64,000 bases of DNA from an uncultured Candidatus Rokubacteria bacterium (GTDB lineage Bacteria; Methylomirabilota; Methylomirabilia; Rokubacteriales; CSP1-6). Each line of letters opens with the position of its first letter. Within the stretch, counting starts at the first letter, position 1. The stretch is taken from positions 64,001-128,000 of the forward strand of contig CAVXJS010000014.1 in assembly GCA_963762145.1 (NCBI GenBank), written 5' to 3'. The position numbers and the translations under genes were made by a program. Positions 29,244-37,766 of the stretch are shown piece by piece. Below the pieces are notes generated by a model. That model saw only the letters and a program-made list of their open reading frames with translations. It made no database searches and had not been told where the DNA came from.

Positions 29244-30525
29244 TGCACGAAACCCAGCAGCCGCGGGATGAAGAGTACGGTCTCCGGGACGAAGGCCACC
29301 AGCAGCAGCACGGCGACAATGGCGGCCAGGAACGGCATGAGGGGACGCACCAGCTTGTCCATGGGCAGGCCGCTGATCGCCATGCCGAGGAAGAGGCACA
29401 GACCGACCGGGGGTGTGACGTGGCCGATCGCCGAGGCGATCACGCAGACCATCCCGAAGTGGATCGCGTGGATGTCGAGCGCCTGCGCGGCCGGCAGCAG
29501 CACCGGCACCGTGACCAGGATGATCTCCGAGGGGGTCAGGAACGTGCCCAGGAAGATGTAGAGGAAGATCACGAGGATGAGGAAGAGCCACCAGGTCGGC
29601 GCGACCGACTGGATGGCCGCGGCGACCCGGAACGGGAACTTCGAATAGGTCAAGACCCAGCCGAAGGCGCCGACCAGCCCGATGATGAGGCCGATCACGC
29701 CGGACAGCCTCGCGGAGTCTGAAAATATTCCTGGAAGATCGCGCCAGGAGAGCTCGCGATAGAAGATGGGCGGGACCACGAGGGCGTACACCACCGCGAC
29801 GGCGGCCGCCTCGGTCGGGGTGAACCAGCCGATGAGGATGCCCCCCATGATGATCACCGGGATCATGATGGCGGGCAGCGAGTTCCGGAGGGCGGTCAGG
29901 AACTGGGCGCGCGTCGGCGGCGGCTCCTTGGGATAGTTCCGCTTCTTGGCGATGACGAAGACCGGAACCGCCATGCCGATCGCGATGAGCAGACCGGGCA
30001 GGTAGCCGCCCGCGAAGATGGCGGCGACCGACTCGTCGGCCATCCAGGCGTAGATCACCGCGATGATCGAGGGGGGATGATCGGTGCCATGATCGCGGTG
30101 CAGATGGTCAGGATCGTCGCGAAGTCCTTGTCGTAGCCCTTGCGGACCATCTGGGGGATCAGGAAGGTCCCGAGCGCCGACACGTCGGCCACCGCCGAGC
30201 CCGAGATACCGCCGAAGATCATGCTGTCGAGGATGTTGACGTAGGCGAGCCCGCCGCGGAACCGGCCCACCAGCACGGTGGCGAGGTCGATGATCGCGCG
30301 CGCGACGCCACCCCGCGCCGCGATGTTGCCGGCCAGGATGAAGAGCGGCGCCGCGAGCAGGAGGAACGAGTCCGAGAGGAGCCCGACGAACCGGGTGGGA
30401 ATGATGATCGGGTTCAGCGCCGGATAGAGCGTGGCCGCGGCCAGGGCCCCCACGCCGAGGGCGATGCCGATCGGCATGCCCAGCACGACGAAGATGACGA
30501 AGACGATCAGGAGGGTCTCGGCCAC
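29240..30525 (-). CDS. dctM: TRAP transporter large permease, single frameshift at G6 run 30071-30076
   Basis: GGISGSAVAD; one added base restores IIPPS; FTPTEAA; TPPVG. Confidence 0.9.
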
Positions 30526-31022
30526 AGGGTTCTCAGCGCGGCGAAGAGCCGCCACGCCATGGGCAGGATGATGAGCGCGGCGCCGACCGGGACGGCGGCG
30601 TAGACGTAGCCGAGCGGCAGCCCCAGCCCGGCGCTGGTCTGGAACTGGGCGTTGGGGACGAGCACGAGGCTCGTGCGGATCAGGGACAGGAACAGCAGCA
30701 TGCCGACGCCGTTGGTCAGCACGGTGAGCGCGGCCTGTCCGCGGGGGCCGAGCCGCTGCTCGAAGTACTCGAGCCGGGTGTGCTCGGCCCGATGCATGGC
30801 CGCGGCCGCGCCGATCATCACCAGCCAGACGAACAGGTACCGGGGGATCTCGTCGATGCCGTCGATGCCGGCCAGGCCCGTGAAGCGGCCCAGCACCTGC
30901 ACGAAGACCGCGAGGGTCATCACGGCCAGGATCAGGCCGCCGAGCCACCCCAGCCCCTCGTAGAAGCGGCTCCCCCAGGCGCCGAAGGGCGCGCCGCTTC
31001 CGGGTCCCGGCCTGCCGGCCAC
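30507..31022 (-). CDS. dctQ: TRAP transporter small permease
   Basis: 4 TM; DEIPRYLFVWLVMIGAA..H; YAAVPVG. Confidence 0.88.
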   Translation of the reverse strand: MAGRPGPGSGAPFGAWGSRFYEGLGWLGGLILAVMTLAVFVQVLGRFTGLAGIDGIDEIPRYLFVWLVMIGAAAAMHRAEHTRLEYFEQRLGPRGQAALTVLTNGVGMLLFLSLIRTSLVLVPNAQFQTSAGLGLPLGYVYAAVPVGAALIILPMAWRLFAALRTLWPRPS

Positions 31023-31024
31023 GC

Positions 31025-32011
31025 CTACTTGATGCTCAGGATGTAGTCGACCATCGGGCGGGCGTCCTTGCCCGCGGGGGTCGCGTAGAACTCCTCGTAC
31101 ACGCTGATCGTCGCCTGGCGGAACGGGGTGGCGTCCGGCTTGGTGATCGTCACGCCCTTGGCCTTCACCTGCGCCTGGATCTCGCGATCCTCCTCGAGGA
31201 TGAACTTCCGGTTCCACTGCTCGGCGTGCTTGGCCGCGTCCATGATCGCCTTCTGGGTGGTCGCGTCCTGCTTGGCCCACGAGCTCTTGGCCATGATGAG
31301 GGCCACGCACTGGTGGGTGTGGCGGACGTCGGCCACGTACTTGACGATGTCGTAGAACTTGTTGTGGTAGAAGGTGTTGATCCCGCCCTCGGCCGAATCG
31401 ATCACCTTGGTCTGGAGCGACGTCGCGACCTCCGGGAACGCGATCGGCGTGGAGATCATCCCGAGGGCCTTGAAGGTGGCGACCAGGATCTTGTCCTCCT
31501 GCACGCGGATCTTCTTGCCCTTCACGTCGGCCACCGAGTTGACCGGGAAGTGGCCGTAGATGCCCCGGTAGCCTGCGGCGAAGAACGCGACGAGCTTGAG
31601 CCCCTTCTTGTCGAGCACGGCGCCGTAGTACTTCTGGAGCGTGTCGCTGCCGTCCAGCGCCGCGTAGACGTGCTGATAGTCGCGGAAGATGTACGGAAGC
31701 TGGAAGACCGACATCTCCGGCACCAGGGTGGACAGCGGCGCCGTCGTCATCGGGGAGAAGTCCACGGTGCCGAGCTGGACCTGCTGGCCCACCTCGCGCT
31801 CGCCCCCGAGCGCGCCCGAGTGGTGATGGACCACCTTGGTCTTGCCGCCGGTCAGCTCGTCGAGCTTGTCGACGAACTGCTGGGCCGCCAGGGCGGTCCC
31901 GTGCTTGGGCGGATTGACATTGCCCATCACCAGCTCCTTGCCCTGGGCATGAGCGGTGGCGGCGCCCGCGAGGGCGAGGACAGCCAGAACCAGCAGTCTG
32001 AGCGCGGTCAT
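31025..32011 (-). CDS. dctP: TRAP transporter substrate-binding protein
   Basis: Signal peptide; GALGGERE; LPYIF; D.KGKKIRV; EV..SLQT.VID. Confidence 0.92.
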   Translation of the reverse strand: MTALRLLVLAVLALAGAATAHAQGKELVMGNVNPPKHGTALAAQQFVDKLDELTGGKTKVVHHHSGALGGEREVGQQVQLGTVDFSPMTTAPLSTLVPEMSVFQLPYIFRDYQHVYAALDGSDTLQKYYGAVLDKKGLKLVAFFAAGYRGIYGHFPVNSVADVKGKKIRVQEDKILVATFKALGMISTPIAFPEVATSLQTKVIDSAEGGINTFYHNKFYDIVKYVADVRHTHQCVALIMAKSSWAKQDATTQKAIMDAAKHAEQWNRKFILEEDREIQAQVKAKGVTITKPDATPFRQATISVYEEFYATPAGKDARPMVDYILSIK

Positions 32012-32125
32012 GGGCGAGCCTCCTTGGGGTGTGGAGGCCGATGATCATCTGCGGGCCGTGGCCCTGTCAAGCCTCCGGGCCCGTCGCGCTTGGGCCCGCC
32101 GGCCTTCCGTGCTATCCCTACCCGG

Positions 32126-33370
32126 GTGAGCAGCGTCGCTCCGGCGTCGGCCGCCCTGGCCGCGCCCCACGGCTTCGCCGAGATCCTCCGCGAAGCCCCT
32201 TACCGCCGGCTCTGGCTTTCCGGCCTCTGCATCAACGGGGCACGCTGGATGGACCTCGTCCTGCTCGGCTGGCTCGCCTTCCAGCTCACCGACTCGCCGT
32301 TCATGGTGGCGGTGGCCGCGTTCGCGCGCTCGGCCCCGATGATGCTGCTGGGCCCGTTCACCGGACTCGTGGCGGATCGCATGCACCGCGGGCGGGTGCT
32401 CGTCTTCACCCAGGTCCTGGGCCTCGCGACCGGGCTGGCCCTGGCCGCGGTCTTCGCGGCGGGACGGGGCAGCTTCTGGCCGATGGTCGGGCTCGAGGTG
32501 CTCTTCGGGGTCCTGTGGGCGCTCGATTTCCCGGCCCGGCGGACCGCGCTCTACGCCCTCGTGGGCCCGCGCCGGGTGGCCATCGCGGTCTCGCTCGAGA
32601 CCGTCTCGATGCAGGTGGCCAAGATGATCGGCCCGGTGCTGGCCGGCATCGGGCTCGCGCGTCTCGGCCCCGCGCCGTGCTATCTCGCGGTGGCCGCGCT
32701 CTACGCGATCGGGCTGCTCGTCTTCATCGGCCTGCCGGCCCGGATCGGCGGCCCGACCGGCCGCGACAGCGCCTCGGTGGTGTCGAGCCTCGGCGCGGGC
32801 TTCAGCTACGCCTGGCGAGAGCCCACGGTCCGCGCGGTCCTGATCATCACGGTGTTGATGAACGTGCTGTTCTTTCCGTACCAGCACATGCTCCCGGTCT
32901 TCGCGCGCGACGTCCTGCGCGTGGGCCCCGAGTGGCTGGGCGCGCTCGTCGCTGCCGATGGGCTGGGCGCGCTGCTGGGCGCGCTGGCCATCGCCTCGCG
33001 CGGCGGCTTCCTGCCCCACGGGCGCCTCTTCGCGCTGTCGGTGCTGGTCGCGCCGTTCCTGCTGCTGGCCTTCACCAGCCTGCGATGGCCCTGGGCCTGC
33101 CTGCCGGTGCTGGTCGTGATCGGAGCCGCCGAATCGGGGTTCGCCGCGATGCAGAGCACGCTGGTCCTGCTCTCGGCCCCGGAAGCGAACCGGGGGCGGG
33201 CCATGGGCATCCTGTCGGCCTGCATCGGCACCCAGCCCGCCGGCACCCTCTGGATCGGGTTCCTGGCCACCGGCATCGGCGTGCCGGCCGCGATGGCGAT
33301 CAACGCGATGGCCGCGCTCATCGCCATGCTCCCGGCGGCCTGGCCGCTGGCCCGGCGGCCGCGCGTCTGA
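32126..33370 (+). CDS. MFS transporter
   Basis: 12 TM; G.VADRMHR motif A; RGRAMG. Confidence 0.9.
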   Translation: MSSVAPASAALAAPHGFAEILREAPYRRLWLSGLCINGARWMDLVLLGWLAFQLTDSPFMVAVAAFARSAPMMLLGPFTGLVADRMHRGRVLVFTQVLGLATGLALAAVFAAGRGSFWPMVGLEVLFGVLWALDFPARRTALYALVGPRRVAIAVSLETVSMQVAKMIGPVLAGIGLARLGPAPCYLAVAALYAIGLLVFIGLPARIGGPTGRDSASVVSSLGAGFSYAWREPTVRAVLIITVLMNVLFFPYQHMLPVFARDVLRVGPEWLGALVAADGLGALLGALAIASRGGFLPHGRLFALSVLVAPFLLLAFTSLRWPWACLPVLVVIGAAESGFAAMQSTLVLLSAPEANRGRAMGILSACIGTQPAGTLWIGFLATGIGVPAAMAINAMAALIAMLPAAWPLARRPRV

Positions 33371-33478
33371 CCCGCTATTGACCGAAGATACGAGTTACCC
33401 TAAGTTTGTGGCCGATCGCCGCGATCGCCGGGGTGGTCCCGGCCGGTCCCGACCGTTTCCCGTTGCCCAGGAGGGCTC

Positions 33479-34261
33479 ATGAAGAGGATACGCGCCGTGC
33501 TGGTTCTGGTCCTGGTGGTCGCCGTCAGCCTGTCGCTGCCGGGCGCCACCTCCCTCGCCCAGGAAGTGCTCACGAACGATTCCGTCGTCCAGATGGTCAA
33601 GGCGGGGCTGCCCGAAGCGATCGTCATCGCCAAGATCAAGGGGACCCCGTCCAAGTTCGATCTCAAGACCGACTCGCTGGTGAACCTGAAGAAGGCCGGC
33701 GTCTCGGACAAGGTGCTGGAGGCCATGGTCTCGGCGGGCTCGGTCACTGCCGCGCCGACCACCGCGATGCCCGCTCCGCCGGCGCCCGCGGTGGCGGCGG
33801 GGTCGATCAAGAACACGGACGTGATCTACCAGCTCGTCGGCGACCAGTACGTCGAGATGTTCGCGACCTCCGCGAACCTCGAGACCAACATGGCCTTCTT
33901 CCAGAGCAAGAGCGAGGTCGTGCTGGAGGGTCGAAAGGCCCGGTACCGGATCAAGGACAAGCAGCCGGTATTCCTCAGCACGTACTCGCAGACCGACGCG
34001 CCCCTCGTGAAGCTCAAGCCGGGCGACAGCAACGACGATCGCAACCTGAAGATCGGCAGCGGCGCCTTCATGCCCTTCGGCGGCACCCAGAAGATGGGCG
34101 TGCGCAACGAGGACAAGATCGCGATCAACATCGAGCGCGATGCGCGCGGCTTCTACAAGGTGACCCCGGCGGCCCCGCTCCCGCCCGGCGAGTACGGCTT
34201 CATCCTGGCCACCGGGTTCGGAGCGGGCTCGGGCAAGATCTACGATTTCGGAGTGGACTAA
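33479..34261 (+). CDS. Secreted hypothetical protein
   Basis: Signal peptide; LTNDSVVQMVKAGL helical domain; Pro/Ala linker; beta-rich C-domain ending YDFGVD; strong GC3 bias. Confidence 0.8.
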   Translation: MKRIRAVLVLVLVVAVSLSLPGATSLAQEVLTNDSVVQMVKAGLPEAIVIAKIKGTPSKFDLKTDSLVNLKKAGVSDKVLEAMVSAGSVTAAPTTAMPAPPAPAVAAGSIKNTDVIYQLVGDQYVEMFATSANLETNMAFFQSKSEVVLEGRKARYRIKDKQPVFLSTYSQTDAPLVKLKPGDSNDDRNLKIGSGAFMPFGGTQKMGVRNEDKIAINIERDARGFYKVTPAAPLPPGEYGFILATGFGAGSGKIYDFGVD

Positions 34262-35437
34262 ACGGACTCCGGCGAGACCGCGGGCCCGCTCGAGCGGGCC
34301 CGCGCGCTGGCGCCGCTCCTGGAGGACCTGAGCGAGCGCACCGAGCTGGAGCGAAGGCTTCCCGAGCCGGTGCAGCGGGCGCTCTTCGACGCCTCGCTGT
34401 TCCGGCTGCTCCTGCCCCGTTTCCTCGACGGGGGCGAGGTGGATCCCCTCACGTTCGTCCAGGTCATCGAGGAGGTCGCCCGGCACGACGCGAGCGCCGC
34501 GTGGTGCCTCTGCCAGGCCGCGGGCTGTTCGATGACCGCGGCCTATCTTCCGCCCGAGACGGCCCGTCAGATCTTCGGTCCCCCGCGCTCCGTGCTGGCC
34601 TGGGGTCCGAGCAATGACGCGAAGGCGGCGGCGGTGGACGGCGGCTATCGCATCAACGGCACCTGGAGCTTCGCCAGCGGCTGCCGCCACGCCACGTGGC
34701 TCGGCGGGTACTGTCCCATCCAGGAGCCCGACGGCACGCCCCGTCGTCGGCCGGACGGCAGCGTCGAGGGACGCACCATGCTGTTTCCGGCCGCGCAGGC
34801 CACCATCGTGGACGTCTGGCACGTGACCGGGCTGCGGGGCACCGGCAGCGACGCGTTCACGGTGACGGATCTCTTCGTGCCCCACGCGCATTCGGTCTCG
34901 CGTGACGATCCCGCCGAGCGGCGACACCCGGGCCCGCTCTACTGCTTCCCGTCGGGCAGCCTCTACGCGTCGGGCTTCTCCGGGGTGGCGATGGGCCTCG
35001 CGCGGAGCAGCCTCGACGCCTTCGTCGAGCTGGCCCGCGACAAGGAGCCGCGCTCCTCCAAGCGGCTCGTGCGCGACAGCGCGCTCATCCAGTTCCAGGT
35101 GGCCGAGGCGGAGGGGAAGCTGGGCGCGGCGCGCGTGTACCTGCACGACACGCTCGGGCGTATCTGGGCCGAGGTGAGCCGGACGGGCCGGCCGCTCACC
35201 GTGGAGCAGCGGGTGGCGATCCGGCTCGCCTCCACGTACGGCATCCACCAGGCCAAGCAGGTCGTGGACACGGTCCACCACGCGGCCGGGTCGAGCGCCA
35301 TCTTCACCAGCAGCGCCTTCGAGCGACGCTTCCGCGACATCCACACCGTGACCCAGCAGCTCCAGGGCCGCCAGGCCCACCTCGAGACCGTCGGCCGCTA
35401 CCTCCTTGGCCTCGAGCCCGACCAGACCTTCCTATAG
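34262..35437 (+). CDS. Acyl-CoA dehydrogenase-fold flavin-dependent monooxygenase (HsaA-like); start uncertain (ACG 34262 or GTG 34370)
   Basis: GTWSFASGCRHATW; W.VTGLRGTGS; FERRFRDIH; family-like N-helix LERARALAPLL upstream of first GTG. Confidence 0.88.
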   Translation, partial: TDSGETAGPLERARALAPLLEDLSERTELERRLPEPVQRALFDASLFRLLLPRFLDGGEVDPLTFVQVIEEVARHDASAAWCLCQAAGCSMTAAYLPPETARQIFGPPRSVLAWGPSNDAKAAAVDGGYRINGTWSFASGCRHATWLGGYCPIQEPDGTPRRRPDGSVEGRTMLFPAAQATIVDVWHVTGLRGTGSDAFTVTDLFVPHAHSVSRDDPAERRHPGPLYCFPSGSLYASGFSGVAMGLARSSLDAFVELARDKEPRSSKRLVRDSALIQFQVAEAEGKLGAARVYLHDTLGRIWAEVSRTGRPLTVEQRVAIRLASTYGIHQAKQVVDTVHHAAGSSAIFTSSAFERRFRDIHTVTQQLQGRQAHLETVGRYLLGLEPDQTFL

Positions 35438-35615
35438 GCACTCCCGGTCCGGTCTCGCCCGCCCGGCCCGGCCTCCGGAGAATTAGGAGGCAAAATAGTC
35501 TGGTGTGTAGAATGAACGTGAGCCTCGAGCCGGGTCCGGTTGTCACGGGACAGGAGGGTGCCATCGCTCGAAACTCGCGACGAAGTTCCGCAGTCTTCCA
35601 GCGTGGGGGACTGCC

Positions 35616-35864
35616 ATGAGCGACATGCCGGCCGAAACCCCCCGCATTGCCCGCGCTTACTGCCCCGCCTGCGAGCCCGACGCCGACACCCTGCTGGAGA
35701 TCCTCGAAGTGCAATGGTGCAACGTCCACATGCCGATGCGCGAGGGTGTGGACGACGCCCGGGTGATGTCCGACGCCATGCTGACCGGGAGCGCCGAGGC
35801 GGGCGGCGACGAGAACCGGCGCTGGTGCGACATCATTCACGGGGATTCGCACCGCCGGCACTAG
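35616..35864 (+). CDS. Small Cys/His-containing hypothetical protein
   Basis: GGGGGA SD; CPAC, WCNVH, WCDIIH; coding-like GC3. Confidence 0.72.
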   Translation: MSDMPAETPRIARAYCPACEPDADTLLEILEVQWCNVHMPMREGVDDARVMSDAMLTGSAEAGGDENRRWCDIIHGDSHRRH

Positions 35865-36577
35865 ATCAGCGGCCAGGGGTAGCGCAGGCCACTCTTGTCC
35901 ACCGGATATTGCCCCGTGCGCAGGAGTCCGCGCGCGCGACGCTTGAAGGCGCGCTGCTCGTCGGGATCGAGCAGCTCGGCCAGGGCGGGCGGAAGATCAT
36001 CGCTCACCACACGGCGCAGGTCCTCCTGCAGCGCCGGCGCGATCGGCTCCTCGCCGAAGTCCCAGATCACGGTGCGCAGCTTCGGCTCGGCGTGGAAGGT
36101 CAGGCCGTTGTCGATCGCGTAGATCCGATCGTCGGGCACGAGCAGGCAGTGGCCACTCTTGCGGTCGGCGTTGTTGGCCACCAGGTCGAAGAGACAGATG
36201 CGCTGGAGCGTCTCGCGGTGGTCGCCCGACTCGACCAGGGTGAAGTAGTGCTGGCGGAAATCGGCCGGGACGAAGAGCTGGAGCGATCCCTCGCCCAAAG
36301 GGGCGTCGGCGCGCGGCGCCGTCGGCGGCACGAGACCCCAGCCGAGCGCCTCGGAGAGCAGGTACGCCGCGATCTCGCGCCGGAAGAGCCCGGGCGGGAA
36401 ATCCCAGAGCGGCCGCTCGCCGCGCACGGGCTTGTAGACGGCCAGGGCGGTGGCCCCGTCGAGGGCCAGCTCCACCAGGAAGGTGGCATTGCTGCTGCGC
36501 GGCATCCGGCCCTTCACCGTGATGTCGCCGCGGGCCAGCAGATCGAGGGCGATCGCCGGATCCGCTCGTCCCGACAT
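35861..36577 (-). CDS. SCO1664 family protein (PI3/4-kinase-like fold)
   Basis: SNATFL; VYKP.RGERPLWDFP; RE.AAY; NNADRKSGH; IDNGLTF. Confidence 0.9.
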   Translation of the reverse strand: MSGRADPAIALDLLARGDITVKGRMPRSSNATFLVELALDGATALAVYKPVRGERPLWDFPPGLFRREIAAYLLSEALGWGLVPPTAPRADAPLGEGSLQLFVPADFRQHYFTLVESGDHRETLQRICLFDLVANNADRKSGHCLLVPDDRIYAIDNGLTFHAEPKLRTVIWDFGEEPIAPALQEDLRRVVSDDLPPALAELLDPDEQRAFKRRARGLLRTGQYPVDKSGLRYPWPLI

Positions 36578-36579
36578 GG

Positions 36580-37119
36580 CTAGTGCTTCACGTGCCCATT
36601 GGCCCGCGGGCACACGTGCCCTTCGGGGTCCATGGGACGGCTGCACACCGGGCAGGTCGGGCGGCCCCCCTTCATGAGCTCGTTCGCCCGCTCCACGAAG
36701 GCGGCGGCCTGGGCGCGGGTGATGCGGAAGCGGGCCATGGCGGGATCCGGCTCGCGCTCGGGGGCCGGCGCGCCCTCTTCCTCCGCTTCGTCCGCCTCGA
36801 TCAGCTCGCTCGCCTCGACGACGACCCGATCCAGGTTCTCGTCGTAGCCCACCGCGAGCGAGCCCACGTCCCACTCGGCCTCGATCGGCTCGATCAGCTC
36901 GGCCGGGCGCCGCGCCGCACCCGGCGCGGTCTTCACGCGGGCGAGCAGGCCGCTCACGTACTCGGCCAGCGCGCGCACGTGCTCCTTCTCGACCTTCAAG
37001 GTGACGAGGCGGGCGCCGTCGCGCGATTGCAGGTAGAAGACGCGCTGGCCGGGCGGCCCGACCGCCCCGGCCGTGAAGTGGTCCGGCGAGTCGACCTCGA
37101 AGGAGGGGTTGTCGCTCAT
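36580..37119 (-). CDS. DUF3090 family protein with C-terminal Zn-binding motif
   Basis: FTAGAVGPPGQRVFYLQ..EKEHV; GRPTCPVC..P.DPEGHVCPRANGH. Confidence 0.9.
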   Translation of the reverse strand: MSDNPSFEVDSPDHFTAGAVGPPGQRVFYLQSRDGARLVTLKVEKEHVRALAEYVSGLLARVKTAPGAARRPAELIEPIEAEWDVGSLAVGYDENLDRVVVEASELIEADEAEEEGAPAPEREPDPAMARFRITRAQAAAFVERANELMKGGRPTCPVCSRPMDPEGHVCPRANGHVKH

Positions 37120-37754
37120 GCCTTGCCCCCGCCGAGCCAGGTGAGGTCGCCCGCCAGCGAGTTCACGGTGAGGACGGCGGGGCCGCCGCGCCGGTAGGCC
37201 ACCGCGGTGATGGACGTGGGGGCGATCATGATGCGCTGGAAGAGATCGAGGGGCGTGCCGAGGGCCTGGGCCACCGCCGCCTTGATCGGATCGGCGTGCG
37301 ACACCGCGACCACGATCTGGCCCGGGAAGCGGGCCACCAGCCGGCCGAGCGCGGAGGTGATGCGCGCCTGCATCTCGGGGAAGGACTCGCCGTCGGGGAA
37401 GCGGAAGCCGCTCGGGTTGCGCTGCACCGTCTCCCACTCGGGCCGCCGGGCGGCCTGCTTGAGGCTCAGGCCGGTCCACGAGCCGATGTCGAGATCGGCC
37501 AGGTCGCGGTCGATGCGAAGGGCGAGCCCGCGGATACGCGCGATGGGCGCGGCGGTCTCGCGCGCGCGCTCGAGATGCGAGGAGTAGATCGCGGCGACCT
37601 TGGGGAGCGCCTTGATGCGAGCGGCGGCGGCCTCGGCCTGGCGCCGGCCCTCGTCGGTGAGGTGCAGCCCGGGGGCCTGGCCGGGCAGCTTGATCCCGGT
37701 GGTGGGCGTCAGCCCGTGGCGTACGAGCAGGACGACCGTCGCGGCGTCCGCCAT
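37116..37754 (-). CDS. Histidine phosphatase (MSMEG_4193-like phosphoglycerate mutase family)
   Basis: LVRHG; LER..ETA; GES; VSHADPIKA; LDLFQRI. Confidence 0.9.
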   Translation of the reverse strand: MADAATVVLLVRHGLTPTTGIKLPGQAPGLHLTDEGRRQAEAAAARIKALPKVAAIYSSHLERARETAAPIARIRGLALRIDRDLADLDIGSWTGLSLKQAARRPEWETVQRNPSGFRFPDGESFPEMQARITSALGRLVARFPGQIVVAVSHADPIKAAVAQALGTPLDLFQRIMIAPTSITAVAYRRGGPAVLTVNSLAGDLTWLGGGKA

Positions 37755-37766
37755 CGGGCGGGCCGG

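Noticed and set aside
30061-30080. Programmed frameshift or phase variation in dctM
   Set aside because: Break lies in the conserved IIPPS motif at a 6-base run, no slippery heptamer; similar indels occur elsewhere in the window
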